DNA of 64,000 nt from Candidatus Saccharicenans sp. (lineage in GTDB: Bacteria; Acidobacteriota; Aminicenantia; Aminicenantales; Saccharicenantaceae): assembly GCA_024653215.1 (NCBI GenBank), contig JANLFU010000002.1:147337-211336 (forward strand). Direction: 5' to 3'. Each line of letters begins with the position of its first letter. The stretch's first letter is position 1. Below are positions 47,230 through 56,641 of this stretch, one piece after another. Under the pieces are notes generated by a model. The model was not told where the DNA came from, ran no database searches, and saw only the letters and a program-made list of their open reading frames with translations. Position numbers and translations under genes: made by a program.

Positions 47230-47326
47230 GGGGACACTTAAAGGTGTCCCCATCTCAAGGATCTAAAATAACGGGGAAACTTTATTTTGAAAATCCCTCA
47301 AAAAGGGGACAGTGTAAGGTGTCCCC
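47230..47326. repeat. Doublet palindromic repeat, copy 3
   Basis: GGGGACACTTAAAGGTGTCCCC (47230-47251) and GGGGACAGTGTAAGGTGTCCCC (47305-47326). It occupies almost the whole 111-nt convergent intergenic region. Confidence 0.9.
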
Positions 47327-47332
47327 TGTTTC

Positions 47333-47611
47333 TTACTGGCCGTATCGCGACAGGATGCCAATCCCGCCCAGAATCAGGACCACCACGAAAAAGTAAAATG
47401 CCCCAATGATCAGCAACCAGATCAGGGTGGCCTTGGCCCAGTTGGCCTTACTCAGCTTGGTGTTTTCGCTAAAGGCCCAGATGAGCAGCATCACGATATT
47501 GACCAGGGGGATGGAGGCTATAAGCAGCGTTACCAGCCATTCACCGACGCTGACCACGGCCTCCAGGGCCGGGGGTTTCGGGGTAGAAACGGTTTGCGCT
47601 TGTTGTTCCAT
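47333..47611 (-). CDS. Small membrane protein (2 TM)
   Basis: 92 aa with two hydrophobic helices. Confidence 0.4.
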   Translation of the reverse strand: MEQQAQTVSTPKPPALEAVVSVGEWLVTLLIASIPLVNIVMLLIWAFSENTKLSKANWAKATLIWLLIIGAFYFFVVVLILGGIGILSRYGQ

Positions 47612-48113
47612 TTACCTTGCCCTCCTTCTTTTTTGATTTTATCTGGCCTGATTATCGTGGACTTTTAATTTCCTATCTCCACCGGCCAGAATCATTTTTA
47701 TCTGGCTGTTGCCCTTTGCTATTGATTTTATTAAGGAAGTTCCTTCTTTTCAAGCAAAAATCTTGTCCGGTAAAGGGTTATCCTGGTGTGAGCTGGGATA
47801 AATATTTTGATAAATTATTTAACCAGATTTTTCAGGTCGCGAGAATTGCTAAGATACTTGCATTACCGCTCCAGGCTGAAACCTTCTTTGAGAAGCCATT
47901 ATGAGACCTGCTTTCTGGCCAATCTTTGCCTTAGAACTGGTCCCCTGGTATCAGAAAAACTCCTGGCTTTCGTGCGGATTTCTAATGAGGTGTTAAGCTC
48001 AATTTTATTTGATACAAAATGAGGATATTCATTGATTTGAAAAGGCTGTGATATTTATTTAAAATCAAAAATCATTTTACTTCCGGCGTTCCTCATGCCT
48101 TCGCCGGCCGGGA

Positions 48114-49079
48114 TTGAACATGGACGTATATTTTTATGAGGTTTTCGAGGAAGAAGCCAGGTTGATTAAGAGCCTGATCGGTCGCCGGCTGGAGTTCGGA
48201 TTGACCGACAGGACCATCCAGGAGAGTGGGCACCGGGAGCCGCCGGCCCGGCTGATCAGCGTCCGCACCCAGTCGGTAATTCCCGTGGAATGGCAGGACC
48301 GGCTGAGTGGCGTGCTGAGCCGGACCACCGGTTTCGACAATCTTAAAGCCTTCAGGCGCGCCATCAACCTGCCGGTGGCCCTGGGTTACCTGGAAGAATA
48401 CGCCACCAGGGCTGTGGCGGAGCAGGCCATCCTGATGATGCTGGCGCTCCTCAGAAAATTGCCGCGGCAGATGGAGCAGTTCAGGCGCTTTGACCGCGAT
48501 GGGTTGACTGGAGCAGAAGCTCGGGGTCGGCGCCTGCTGGTGGTGGGTGTGGGACGAATCGGCGGCGAGATCGTGAAAATAGGCCAGGGCCTTGGCCTGC
48601 AGGTCAGGGGAGTGGACATCGTCCGGCGGCATGATTTCGTGGAATATGTTGAGCGCGATTCTGGTCTGGCCTGGGCCGACATAGTCATCTGCGCCATGAA
48701 CCTGACCGATGAAAATTATCACTATTTCAGCTATGACCTTCTGAAGAAGTGCCGGCCCGGCGTTATTTTCATCAATGTTGCCCGTGGCGAACATGCCCCG
48801 CTGGCTGATATGTTGAGGTTATTGAAGGAAGAGCACCTGGGCGGGCTCGGGCTGGATGTTTTTGAGGACGAGCCCGAGGTGGGCACAGCCCTGCGCAGCG
48901 GGCAGGTTGAGGAATCGGAAGGGGCGGTTATTGTCGCCGAGCTACTTGGATGCCCGAACGTAATCTTAACCCCGCACAATGCCTTCAACACCGAAGAAGC
49001 CCTGGAGCGGAAGGCGCGGTTCAGCGTGGAGGAAATTTTTTATTTCCTGGAGCACGGTAACTTTCGCAATTCCGTCTGA
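48114..49079 (+). CDS. D-isomer-specific 2-hydroxyacid dehydrogenase family protein
   Basis: NAD-binding motif VVGVGRIGGEI, then INVARGE, LDVFEDEP and ILTPHNAF. Confidence 0.8.
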   Translation: MNMDVYFYEVFEEEARLIKSLIGRRLEFGLTDRTIQESGHREPPARLISVRTQSVIPVEWQDRLSGVLSRTTGFDNLKAFRRAINLPVALGYLEEYATRAVAEQAILMMLALLRKLPRQMEQFRRFDRDGLTGAEARGRRLLVVGVGRIGGEIVKIGQGLGLQVRGVDIVRRHDFVEYVERDSGLAWADIVICAMNLTDENYHYFSYDLLKKCRPGVIFINVARGEHAPLADMLRLLKEEHLGGLGLDVFEDEPEVGTALRSGQVEESEGAVIVAELLGCPNVILTPHNAFNTEEALERKARFSVEEIFYFLEHGNFRNSV

Positions 49080-49082
49080 AAA

Positions 49083-49179
49083 GGGGACACCTTAAGGTGT
49101 CCCCAGTTATGAGATCCAAAATAACAGGGTAACCTTAAAGCAGAAAATTGCCAAAAAGGGGACAGTTAAAGGTGTCCCC
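49083..49179. repeat. Doublet palindromic repeat, copy 4
   Basis: GGGGACACCTTAAGGTGTCCCC (49083-49104) and GGGGACAGTTAAAGGTGTCCCC (49158-49179). The spacer contains AATAACAGGG. Confidence 0.9.
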
Positions 49180-49182
49180 AGT

Positions 49183-49800
49183 TCAGTTGTCGGCGCAACT
49201 GATGCGGATCCAGCGCAGGCTGGAAAGTTGTTCAGAAGTAAGCTGGATGATCTGAACCGAGCCGGTCCCGGTTTCTCCCTCTGGTGCGCGCTTGAGAATT
49301 ATATTGATCGCCCCGGGCTCCAAGATGGGGTCGGTTTTTCTGGCCATGATTATTACACCAGGAACCGCTCCCAGGACCGCCCCTCCTATCACGAACGAAG
49401 TATACTTGTGGTCACTGTTTGTTTGGTATGGAGACACCAGGTAACCAACCACGAGCCCGACGAACATCCCGGCTATGGTTATCGGCAACCCGGCCATGAA
49501 CCTTTCGGCAGTTGAAGCTCCTGCTTTCGTTCCGGGCTGAACCTGGATCAAGGCCGGCTCGTACCCGTCCTTTTCAATTTTTATGGTATGGTTTCTGTCT
49601 CTGGGTAAGCTCAGCGTCAGCGGAGTATAGCCAATTTCCTGGCCATCAACCAGAATCCTGGCCTGGATTGGATTGCTGGTGACAGGGATCTTTTGTAGCC
49701 CGGTTGACTGGGTGGCACATCCTGCCTGGAAGATTAAGGTTATAATCAGGACGTAACTGAAAAGCCTTAGAGGGCTTCCCATACGAAGGAAACTAACCAT
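49183..49800 (-). CDS. PEGA-domain lipoprotein
   Basis: Lipobox IFQAGC. The PEGA module reads VTSNPIQARILVDGQEIGYTPLTLSLPRDRNHTIKIEKDGYEP. Confidence 0.6.
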   Translation of the reverse strand: MVSFLRMGSPLRLFSYVLIITLIFQAGCATQSTGLQKIPVTSNPIQARILVDGQEIGYTPLTLSLPRDRNHTIKIEKDGYEPALIQVQPGTKAGASTAERFMAGLPITIAGMFVGLVVGYLVSPYQTNSDHKYTSFVIGGAVLGAVPGVIIMARKTDPILEPGAINIILKRAPEGETGTGSVQIIQLTSEQLSSLRWIRISCADN

Positions 49801-49991
49801 GACAACCCTCCTGGATGAATTAATTCTCTTTATGAAATATTTTAAGAAGAATAAAAGCAGAAATCAAATCAAGGAATTCCAAAAAAAATTCTTTTATTTT
49901 TTTCATCCCATATTTGGATCAATAATAAGACATGTGGAGCTGTGTATAGAACTGGTCCTGGAGTATGGTTATTTGCCAATTTCGCGAAAAC

Positions 49992-50088
49992 GGGGACACC
50001 TTAAGGTGTCCCCGATTGTGGAACGGCATATAACAGGGTAGCCTTAATCAGAAAAACGGCCAAAAAGGGGACAGTTAAAGGTGTCCCC
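49992..50088. repeat. Doublet palindromic repeat, copy 5
   Basis: GGGGACACCTTAAGGTGTCCCC (49992-50013) and GGGGACAGTTAAAGGTGTCCCC (50067-50088). The spacer contains ATATAACAGGG. Confidence 0.9.
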
Positions 50089-50091
50089 TGT

Positions 50092-51999
50092 TTAGAGGCG
50101 GCTGATGATGGTGCGGTTCTGCGGATTGAGGATGTTCTTGCCCTCGGGCGTGAACATGTACTCCAGCCGGCCCTGGTAAAACTCGGTGATGCGCGGCCTG
50201 ACCATCTTTAAGGTCGAGTTCAGGAACCTGTTTTGCTCGGTGAAGCCCTCACCCAGTACGGCAATGGCCGCCGGCAGCCAGCGCTCCGGGAACTGACCGG
50301 CCCTCGGTCCGCCCGGCCTGAACTGGTTGACCTCGGCCTCCAGCAATTTCAGGGCGGCTTCCTGGCCTTCCGGCGTCCTGTGATCCAGCTTTTTTTCCTT
50401 CAACCAGCGCAGCAGGTTTTCCTTGTTGGGAACCAGCAGGGCCACGGTGTAAGGCGACTGGTTATTGTAGAGCATGATCTGCTCGATGTACGGCGAGGCC
50501 TCGGTGATGGCCTCCTCGATTTCCTCCGGGCTGTACTTTTCGCCGTCGTTGGCGATGAGCAGGCTCTTGAACCGACCCAGCACGTGCAGGTAGCCGTCGG
50601 CATCCAGAAAGCCCAGGTCGCCGGTATAGAGCCAGCCGTCGCGGATGGTCTCCCGGGTGGCCTTCTCGTTTTTCCAGTAGCCGGCCATGACGTTCTCCCC
50701 GCGGATGACAATTTCGCCCTTGGCTCCGACCGGCAGGTCCTTTCCCTGGTCGTCGCAGATTCTGACCTCGATGGCCCGGGCCGGCTTGCCCGAGGAGCCC
50801 AGCTTGTGCTCTTTCTTGTTATTGGCCGAGATGACCGGCGAGGCCTCGGTCAGGCCGTAGCCCTGGAACATCGGCATGCCGATGGCATAAAAGAATCTCT
50901 GCAGTTCGATATCCAGCAGGGCCCCGCCGCCGACAAACATTTCCAGCCGGCCGCCGAAGTTCTTCCTGATCTTGCTGAAGATCAGCTTGTCGACCAGGAG
51001 GTACATGGGCTTCTTGAATTTTCTTTTGCCCTGGCCGCGGTTCCAGCCCTCGCCGTTGTATTCGTAGGCGGCCTTTAACCCCTTCTGAAAAAGGGCCTCT
51101 ATCTTCGGACCTTTTTCCCTGATGGCGTTTTCTATGTTCCGCCTGAAGCTCTTGGCCAGCGAGGGGACACTCAGCAGCACATGCGGCCGGACTTCCTTTA
51201 TGTTTTTCGGAATGTTCTTGATTGTTTCCAGGGCATTGCGCCCGGTTTCGATGGCGGCGATGGCCGCCCCGTTCTTCATCATGCTGTACAGGCCACAGGT
51301 GTGGGCAAAGGAATGGTCCCAGGGCAGGATGAGCAGGGTGACATAGTATTCAGGACACTCCACCAGCGACAGCGAATGCTCCACGTTGGCCGTGTAATTG
51401 CGGTGGGTGAGCATGATGCCCTTGGGGTCGGCCGTGGTTCCGGAGGTGTAGCAGATATTGGCCAGGTCCGATTCTCTGACCGAGCGCCAGGTCTCTTCAA
51501 ATTCCCGGCTGTGCTTGGTGAGATAGATTTTGCCCTCGCGGCTGACCTCGGCCGCCAGGAATTCGTCGGTTTCCAGGCCGTCGACCGGGTCCAGGACGAT
51601 TATCCTTTCCAGCTCGGGCAGGTCGTTCTTGATGGCCCGGATCTTGGGCAGCTGCCCGCGGGAGACGATGGCCATCCGGCTTCCGGAATGGGACAGCCGG
51701 AACTTGAGCTCGTTTGGTTCATCGATCTTGACCGAGATGGGGACGTTAATGGCTCCGGTATAAAGAATGGCGAGCTCGCTCATCAGCCAGTCGGCCCGGC
51801 CCTCGGCGAGTAACGTTACCCGGTCACCCTTCTTCAGGCCGAGGCTCAGCAACCCGGCGGCGAAGTCGTGAACGCGGGCGCGCATTTCCTTGTAGGTTAT
51901 ACCCTGGTACTTCCCGTCCCTTTTCTCCCACATGAGGACGTTGTTCGGAAATTTCTGGACGCTGTCTTCAAAGAGTTGACACAGGGTTCTTTCGGCCAT
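50092..51999 (-). CDS. Long-chain fatty-acid--CoA ligase (AMP-binding family)
   Basis: AMP-binding motif ICYTSGTTADPKGIMLTH, then GYGLTE and YTGDLG. ATG 51999 follows GGAAGGAGAG. Confidence 0.85.
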   Translation of the reverse strand: MAERTLCQLFEDSVQKFPNNVLMWEKRDGKYQGITYKEMRARVHDFAAGLLSLGLKKGDRVTLLAEGRADWLMSELAILYTGAINVPISVKIDEPNELKFRLSHSGSRMAIVSRGQLPKIRAIKNDLPELERIIVLDPVDGLETDEFLAAEVSREGKIYLTKHSREFEETWRSVRESDLANICYTSGTTADPKGIMLTHRNYTANVEHSLSLVECPEYYVTLLILPWDHSFAHTCGLYSMMKNGAAIAAIETGRNALETIKNIPKNIKEVRPHVLLSVPSLAKSFRRNIENAIREKGPKIEALFQKGLKAAYEYNGEGWNRGQGKRKFKKPMYLLVDKLIFSKIRKNFGGRLEMFVGGGALLDIELQRFFYAIGMPMFQGYGLTEASPVISANNKKEHKLGSSGKPARAIEVRICDDQGKDLPVGAKGEIVIRGENVMAGYWKNEKATRETIRDGWLYTGDLGFLDADGYLHVLGRFKSLLIANDGEKYSPEEIEEAITEASPYIEQIMLYNNQSPYTVALLVPNKENLLRWLKEKKLDHRTPEGQEAALKLLEAEVNQFRPGGPRAGQFPERWLPAAIAVLGEGFTEQNRFLNSTLKMVRPRITEFYQGRLEYMFTPEGKNILNPQNRTIISRL

Positions 52000-52018
52000 T
52001 TTCTCTCCTTCCTGAAAA

Positions 52019-52042
52019 GGGGGTACACACTCTCGTGTCCCC
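52019..52042. repeat. Single-hairpin repeat (CTCTC-loop sub-family)
   Basis: GGGGGTACACACTCTCGTGTCCCC lies in the 5' leader of the acyl-CoA ligase gene. Confidence 0.6.
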
Positions 52043-52215
52043 GCTTTTCTGTGGGGTGCAGTTTGCAAGTAAAATCATATTTATTTAAGCCTCACTTTGT
52101 AAAGAAAAAATTCTAGCCCACCCGGCAATTAGTTGGAAATTCTAAGGCCGCTTGGACTGCAGGACCAGGGCTGAATCAGCCGGGTATCCCGGCAGCTGCG
52201 TTAGCTTGATTTTCC

Positions 52216-52974
52216 TTAAAAGAAATAGGTGACGGCGACATGAAAAACGTAGTTGTACATCTTCAGGCTATAAACGATGTCCTGGGTAATAGGAATCCCG
52301 ATCATCTGGAAATAGGCAGCCGGGATAACCGTCTGGTAATCATTGGTTTTAAGCCCGAAGGAAAAGCGCTGGTCGATGGCCAGCTTGCCCCGTCCCAGCT
52401 TGAAATCAAGCCCGCCGCCAATCACGTAGCTTAAATCGATGGTGTTTAGCTGGCCGGTTATGTCCTCGGTGCGGAAGTAGGGGATGTTGTACCCGGAAAT
52501 GCTGATGTTAACATTGTTCTCAAGCTGGCCGCGAAGCTTAAGGCCGGCGGAAATCCCGGTCAGAAAGGTCGGGACAACACGCCATTTTACCGGCCAGTAG
52601 ACTTTAAGCAGCAGTGGGATTTCCAGGTATTCCAGCAACCGGTTATCGACGACGTTGACCCCAAAGCCGGGGATGGAAACGGGTATCTCGACCTGGACGT
52701 CGTATTTGCCGCCTTTCTGAAAATAGAGGAACTCCGGCTGGAAATACAGCCAGCTGGTGATCTTGATGTTGCCGACCAGGCCCAGGGCCACGCCGTTGGT
52801 GGCAATTTTGGTGACCTCGACGTTAGCCGGCGTTTCTTTGCCCCGGAGCTGGTTGTGGGTGTAACCGATCTTAAAGCCAATGGTTCCCGGAGTCAGGGCC
52901 ATCAAACTGGTAGAAACGAGAGAAAGAAAGACCAGGGTTAAGACAACAATAAGAATACGGTATTTTCTCGCCAT
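52216..52974 (-). CDS. Outer-membrane beta-barrel (porin-family/OmpW-like) protein
   Basis: ATG 52974 follows AGGGAGGGAAGA. It has a signal peptide, alternating beta strands and a C-terminal ...VAVTYFF. Confidence 0.5.
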   Translation of the reverse strand: MARKYRILIVVLTLVFLSLVSTSLMALTPGTIGFKIGYTHNQLRGKETPANVEVTKIATNGVALGLVGNIKITSWLYFQPEFLYFQKGGKYDVQVEIPVSIPGFGVNVVDNRLLEYLEIPLLLKVYWPVKWRVVPTFLTGISAGLKLRGQLENNVNISISGYNIPYFRTEDITGQLNTIDLSYVIGGGLDFKLGRGKLAIDQRFSFGLKTNDYQTVIPAAYFQMIGIPITQDIVYSLKMYNYVFHVAVTYFF

Positions 52975-53152
52975 TCTTCCCTCCCTTCGTTTCCTATTAT
53001 AATCTGAAAATGAATTATCAGGAAATAAAAAGTTTTGATTCTTGTACTGGCCCTGAGTGCTTTTTGGGGCTGCAGTTCTTGAAAGGCCTGGGATTGGGCG
53101 CAATCAAGTCGGCTATGAGTCCAGCCAGTCGCATTACGCCTGGCCAGGTGTA

Positions 53153-53965
53153 TCAGGCCGGGTGGCCAACGGTCATGGCGAACAGGACCTTCTGCTCGGG
53201 TCGGAGCTTGAATTCGGCCGGCGTGTTCTCGCGGTCGCAGTTATGGAACCAGGCGGCCAGGCCGGCCGAAGCTGCGTACAGGTAAATGTTCTGGGCGATC
53301 AGCCCGGTGGCCACGTAATAATATGATTTCTGGACTTCCGGGTCCTTGATCCGCGGGTCGGGCTGGCCCTCAAGCACGTAGCGGCTGAGGTCGACCACGA
53401 AGAAAATTCTGAGCGGCGCGTTTACTCCGGATTGGCGGCGGCTGCCGCGGTGCCGGAAGTCCCCGGCCACCACAGGCAGGAGAGCATGTTTGGATGGCTC
53501 GTAGATATAGACCGCTTCGGGCCGGGCTACGTACAGGTCCATTTCCTGGGAATTGCTGGCCGAGGCTGCCGTCCTGCCGGGCTTACCACGGATGAGGCTG
53601 CCTTCGCCGCGGTTAATTCCGAAGGCAGCCCACAGCAGGTTGGAAAGCTGCTGCGGGGAGAGCGGGTCGGGCTTGATGTTGCGGTTGGTCCGCCTGAGCC
53701 ACAGGGCTTCCAGCACTGTTTTACCCCCGGTTTTTTCCGGTGGGGGCAATTCAATCGGTTTTGGTTCCGGAGCTGATTGCTGAGCAAAAGCCGGCGGTTC
53801 TTCTGGCTTGACAAAGTTCCTTTGTCCCGTGGTTTCAGAGGAAGAATTATTAGCAGTCTTCATTTCTGGCATCGCAGCGGTCCTTGAGCGACCGGCAAGG
53901 TTTAATCCGGTTACGACCGGAAAAGCCGCGGTCAGGGCGCCCGTAATGAAATTTCTTCTCTTCAT
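53153..53965 (-). CDS. Nitroreductase-family protein with Tat signal
   Basis: MKRRNFITGALTAA is a twin-arginine signal. LEALWLRRTNRNI...LSNLLWAAFGINR is typical of the nitroreductase fold. Confidence 0.6.
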   Translation of the reverse strand: MKRRNFITGALTAAFPVVTGLNLAGRSRTAAMPEMKTANNSSSETTGQRNFVKPEEPPAFAQQSAPEPKPIELPPPEKTGGKTVLEALWLRRTNRNIKPDPLSPQQLSNLLWAAFGINRGEGSLIRGKPGRTAASASNSQEMDLYVARPEAVYIYEPSKHALLPVVAGDFRHRGSRRQSGVNAPLRIFFVVDLSRYVLEGQPDPRIKDPEVQKSYYYVATGLIAQNIYLYAASAGLAAWFHNCDRENTPAEFKLRPEQKVLFAMTVGHPA

Positions 53966-54090
53966 GACACCCTCCTCAAGAGTTGATCTATGCTTTTATA
54001 TAAACATACGATTTTTTCCTTCGCATATCAAATTATAAGAATGCGTTATAAAGGAGGCAGCTAATCACGCCTCGGCTCACATCAAAAAAA

Positions 54091-54186
54091 GGGGACACCT
54101 TTAAGTGTCCCCATTTTGGCGTTGGCGCTAACAGGCGGGGCTCTAATCGGATTTAAGCAAAAAAGGGGACACCGTAAGGTGTCCCC
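54091..54186. repeat. Doublet palindromic repeat, copy 6 (in a divergent intergenic region)
   Basis: GGGGACACCTTTAAGTGTCCCC (54091-54112) and GGGGACACCGTAAGGTGTCCCC (54165-54186). The spacer contains GCTAACAGGCGG. TATAAT at 54211-54216 follows it. Confidence 0.9.
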
Positions 54187-54232
54187 TGTTTATTATTGCT
54201 CTTCTCAGGATATAATAAACACGCGGGCGGAA

Positions 54233-55579
54233 ATGAGAAAGCTTGTCCTTTACCTCGTGGTCATCAGCCTGGTCCTTATCCTTGGCTTTAGCTGTTGCAC
54301 CACTTCTGAGAAAAGCCATCAGAACTCGCTGCCCGGAGAGCAAACTCCGTCCTTCAGGATCGAACTGCCCTCAAGGCTCAGGGATTTTCCCGAGCCCTTG
54401 CCCCCGCAGGAGAAAGCCCCGGGCTTTAAGATCAGGGGAATTAAAGGCTGGGGCTGGACGCCGGAGCAATACCTGTCAGAGATACCTTACCTGGTCCTGG
54501 GCAGGATGAATTTCCTGATGAACTGCTACCTTTCCATGTTTACCGACCCGGAAAAGTTTATCAATCGCTGGTGGGAACCGATTCCAGAAGAAAAGAAAGC
54601 TGCCTTTGAAAGAGTGGTGCGGGCCTGCCAGGAAAACGGCCTCCAGTTCTGCTTTTGCCTCAACCCCCAGCTCTTTGCCGAACGTCCCTTCCGCTATGAA
54701 AGCCAGGAGGATTTTGAGCTTCTTTTCCAGCACTATGCCTGGATGCAGAGGCTGGGTGTTCGCTGGTTCAGCTTATGTTTTGATGACATTCCGGTCGAAG
54801 GGCTTGACAAAGCGGGCCTCGGCCAGTGGCAGGCCCTGGTAGCCAACAGGCTCCTTAGAAAATTACGGGAGAGAGACCCTGGAGCCAGCCTGATAATCTG
54901 CCCGGTTTATTACTGGGGCTGCGGTGAAGCGGATGAGGCCCGGCTCTACTTAAACAGCCTGGGCCAGGCTCTTGATTCCGACATCTATGTTTTCTGGACC
55001 GGAGATGCGGTTGTCACCACCAGGATTACTTACGATTGCGCCGCGGCTTACAAAAAGATAATCAATCACCGGCTATTCATCTGGGATAACTATCCGGTTA
55101 ACGATAGGCACCCGGTTCTCCATCTGGGCCCGGTTTCAGGACGGGAACCGCGACTGGGCGAAGTGGCCGACGGCTACATCAGCAACCCGATGGCTTACCA
55201 GAACGAAATAAACCGTCTGCCGCTCCTGACCTGTGCTGATTACGCTTATAATCCCTGGAGATATGATCCGCAGCGCTCCATCGGCCAGGCTATTCTTCAC
55301 CTGGCTGAATCAAAAGCCGGGCGGCAGGTTCTTAAAGACCTGGTTGAACTTTATCCCGGAAATATTAACCTCGGGCAAAACTACACAAGCTATAACAGCG
55401 TGCTGGCCAGGTTCGAATACCTGATAAAACAACCGGAGGGAAAAGACCTGGCGTCCGGATTTATCCGCCGGGTGGAAAATGTGCTGGAGCGACTGAACAG
55501 GGAATTTCCCGATAATTACCCGGCCACCAAAAAGACAATTGAGTCTGACCTGGCCAAAATGAAGGCCGCCCTGAAATAA
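54233..55579 (+). CDS. GH84-like beta-N-acetylglucosaminidase (O-GlcNAcase/NagJ family) lipoprotein
   Basis: Lipobox LGFSCC. The catalytic-pair context is WFSLCFDDI, and FIWDNYPVND is also present. Confidence 0.6.
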   Translation: MRKLVLYLVVISLVLILGFSCCTTSEKSHQNSLPGEQTPSFRIELPSRLRDFPEPLPPQEKAPGFKIRGIKGWGWTPEQYLSEIPYLVLGRMNFLMNCYLSMFTDPEKFINRWWEPIPEEKKAAFERVVRACQENGLQFCFCLNPQLFAERPFRYESQEDFELLFQHYAWMQRLGVRWFSLCFDDIPVEGLDKAGLGQWQALVANRLLRKLRERDPGASLIICPVYYWGCGEADEARLYLNSLGQALDSDIYVFWTGDAVVTTRITYDCAAAYKKIINHRLFIWDNYPVNDRHPVLHLGPVSGREPRLGEVADGYISNPMAYQNEINRLPLLTCADYAYNPWRYDPQRSIGQAILHLAESKAGRQVLKDLVELYPGNINLGQNYTSYNSVLARFEYLIKQPEGKDLASGFIRRVENVLERLNREFPDNYPATKKTIESDLAKMKAALK

Positions 55580-55621
55580 TCGCCCTTCAACTGAAGGTGA
55601 TTTGAATATACTTTTCCCTTC

Positions 55622-56479
55622 TTATTTCATGGTCAGCAGGAGAATTCCGGATAGGCCAAGGACCATTCCCAGGTAAGCCAGGGGCCTGATTTTTTCTTTG
55701 AATAGATAAAGCGATAAAAGAACGGCCGCAATTATCGGGCCGGCCTGGATGACCGGGAAGACCACCGGCTCGCTCAGCCGGGTCAGGGCTTTCATGGTGA
55801 AGAAATTGCCGGCCACGCTGCCGGCCGCGGCCAGGGAACCGAAGTAAAAAACCTGCCCCGGGATCCTGACCCTTTTCAGGAAAAAATAAACCATGAAAAC
55901 AGCCGCCCCGGAGAAGAAAGTCAGGACAAGGTAGAACCAGATGTTGAGGGCAGTGAGCCTGACCGCGGCCGCCTGGGAAATCTGGGGAATTCCGGTCAGG
56001 AAAAAGCTGGCCCCCAGAAAAATTATCCACTTAAGATACAGCCCGGTTTTCCTGGTTTCAGTCGTGGAGCCAGCCGCCGAGATCAGGATGATGCCTAAAA
56101 TGATGCCCATTATTCCGGCGGCGATCGGGGTGGTGATGGGGCTTTGCCAGAAGATGATTGAAAAAACCACGGGGTTTAAGAAGGTCATGGTGTAGATGGA
56201 AATGGTCAGGGCATAGTTGCCTATCCTCAGGGCGTTTAGAAAGAAAAAGTAAGCCAGGGCTCCACCGATTCCACCGCCAACCGCCAGCAGCACCACGGCG
56301 GCTGATAGGTTAAGAGGTTGCCCGCTGAAAATTAAAAAGAGCAGGCAATAGAGCGAAGCCAGGACAAAGAGAGAAGTCGTCAGCAGGGGAGAAGAATATC
56401 CCTTCAGGCTTCCCAGCTTCATCACTAGGTTCATGGCCACGAAGCCGGCAATGGCTAATCCCAGGAATATCCAGCCCAT
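55622..56479 (-). CDS. DMT/EamA-like transporter
   Basis: About 10 TM segments in two homologous halves. ATG 56479 follows TGGAGAAAAA. Confidence 0.55.
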   Translation of the reverse strand: MGWIFLGLAIAGFVAMNLVMKLGSLKGYSSPLLTTSLFVLASLYCLLFLIFSGQPLNLSAAVVLLAVGGGIGGALAYFFFLNALRIGNYALTISIYTMTFLNPVVFSIIFWQSPITTPIAAGIMGIILGIILISAAGSTTETRKTGLYLKWIIFLGASFFLTGIPQISQAAAVRLTALNIWFYLVLTFFSGAAVFMVYFFLKRVRIPGQVFYFGSLAAAGSVAGNFFTMKALTRLSEPVVFPVIQAGPIIAAVLLSLYLFKEKIRPLAYLGMVLGLSGILLLTMK

Positions 56480-56641
56480 TTTTTCTCCAGTATCAACATT
56501 AAATAAAATAAACGGGGCCGATTTCAAACATAATTTTTTGAAGGCTGGCCGGGTTGGTTGGGATTTATCCTGTTTTTATGTTAATAAATAAATTACCTGA
56601 CTGCCCTGGCCGCGCCCCGGGCCGGTGGAAGGAGGCTTACC

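Noticed and set aside
25654-51078. Long antisense or alternative-frame ORFs in the GC-rich half (for example 25654..26241, 26865..27605, 29468..30079, 34659..35642, 42022..42528, 45120..45686, 48093..48794, 50233..51078, 60816..61448)
   Set aside because: They sit fully inside stronger ORFs that carry recognisable motifs. Their translations are R/G/P/A-rich with no motifs or SDs, which is the usual high-GC artefact.
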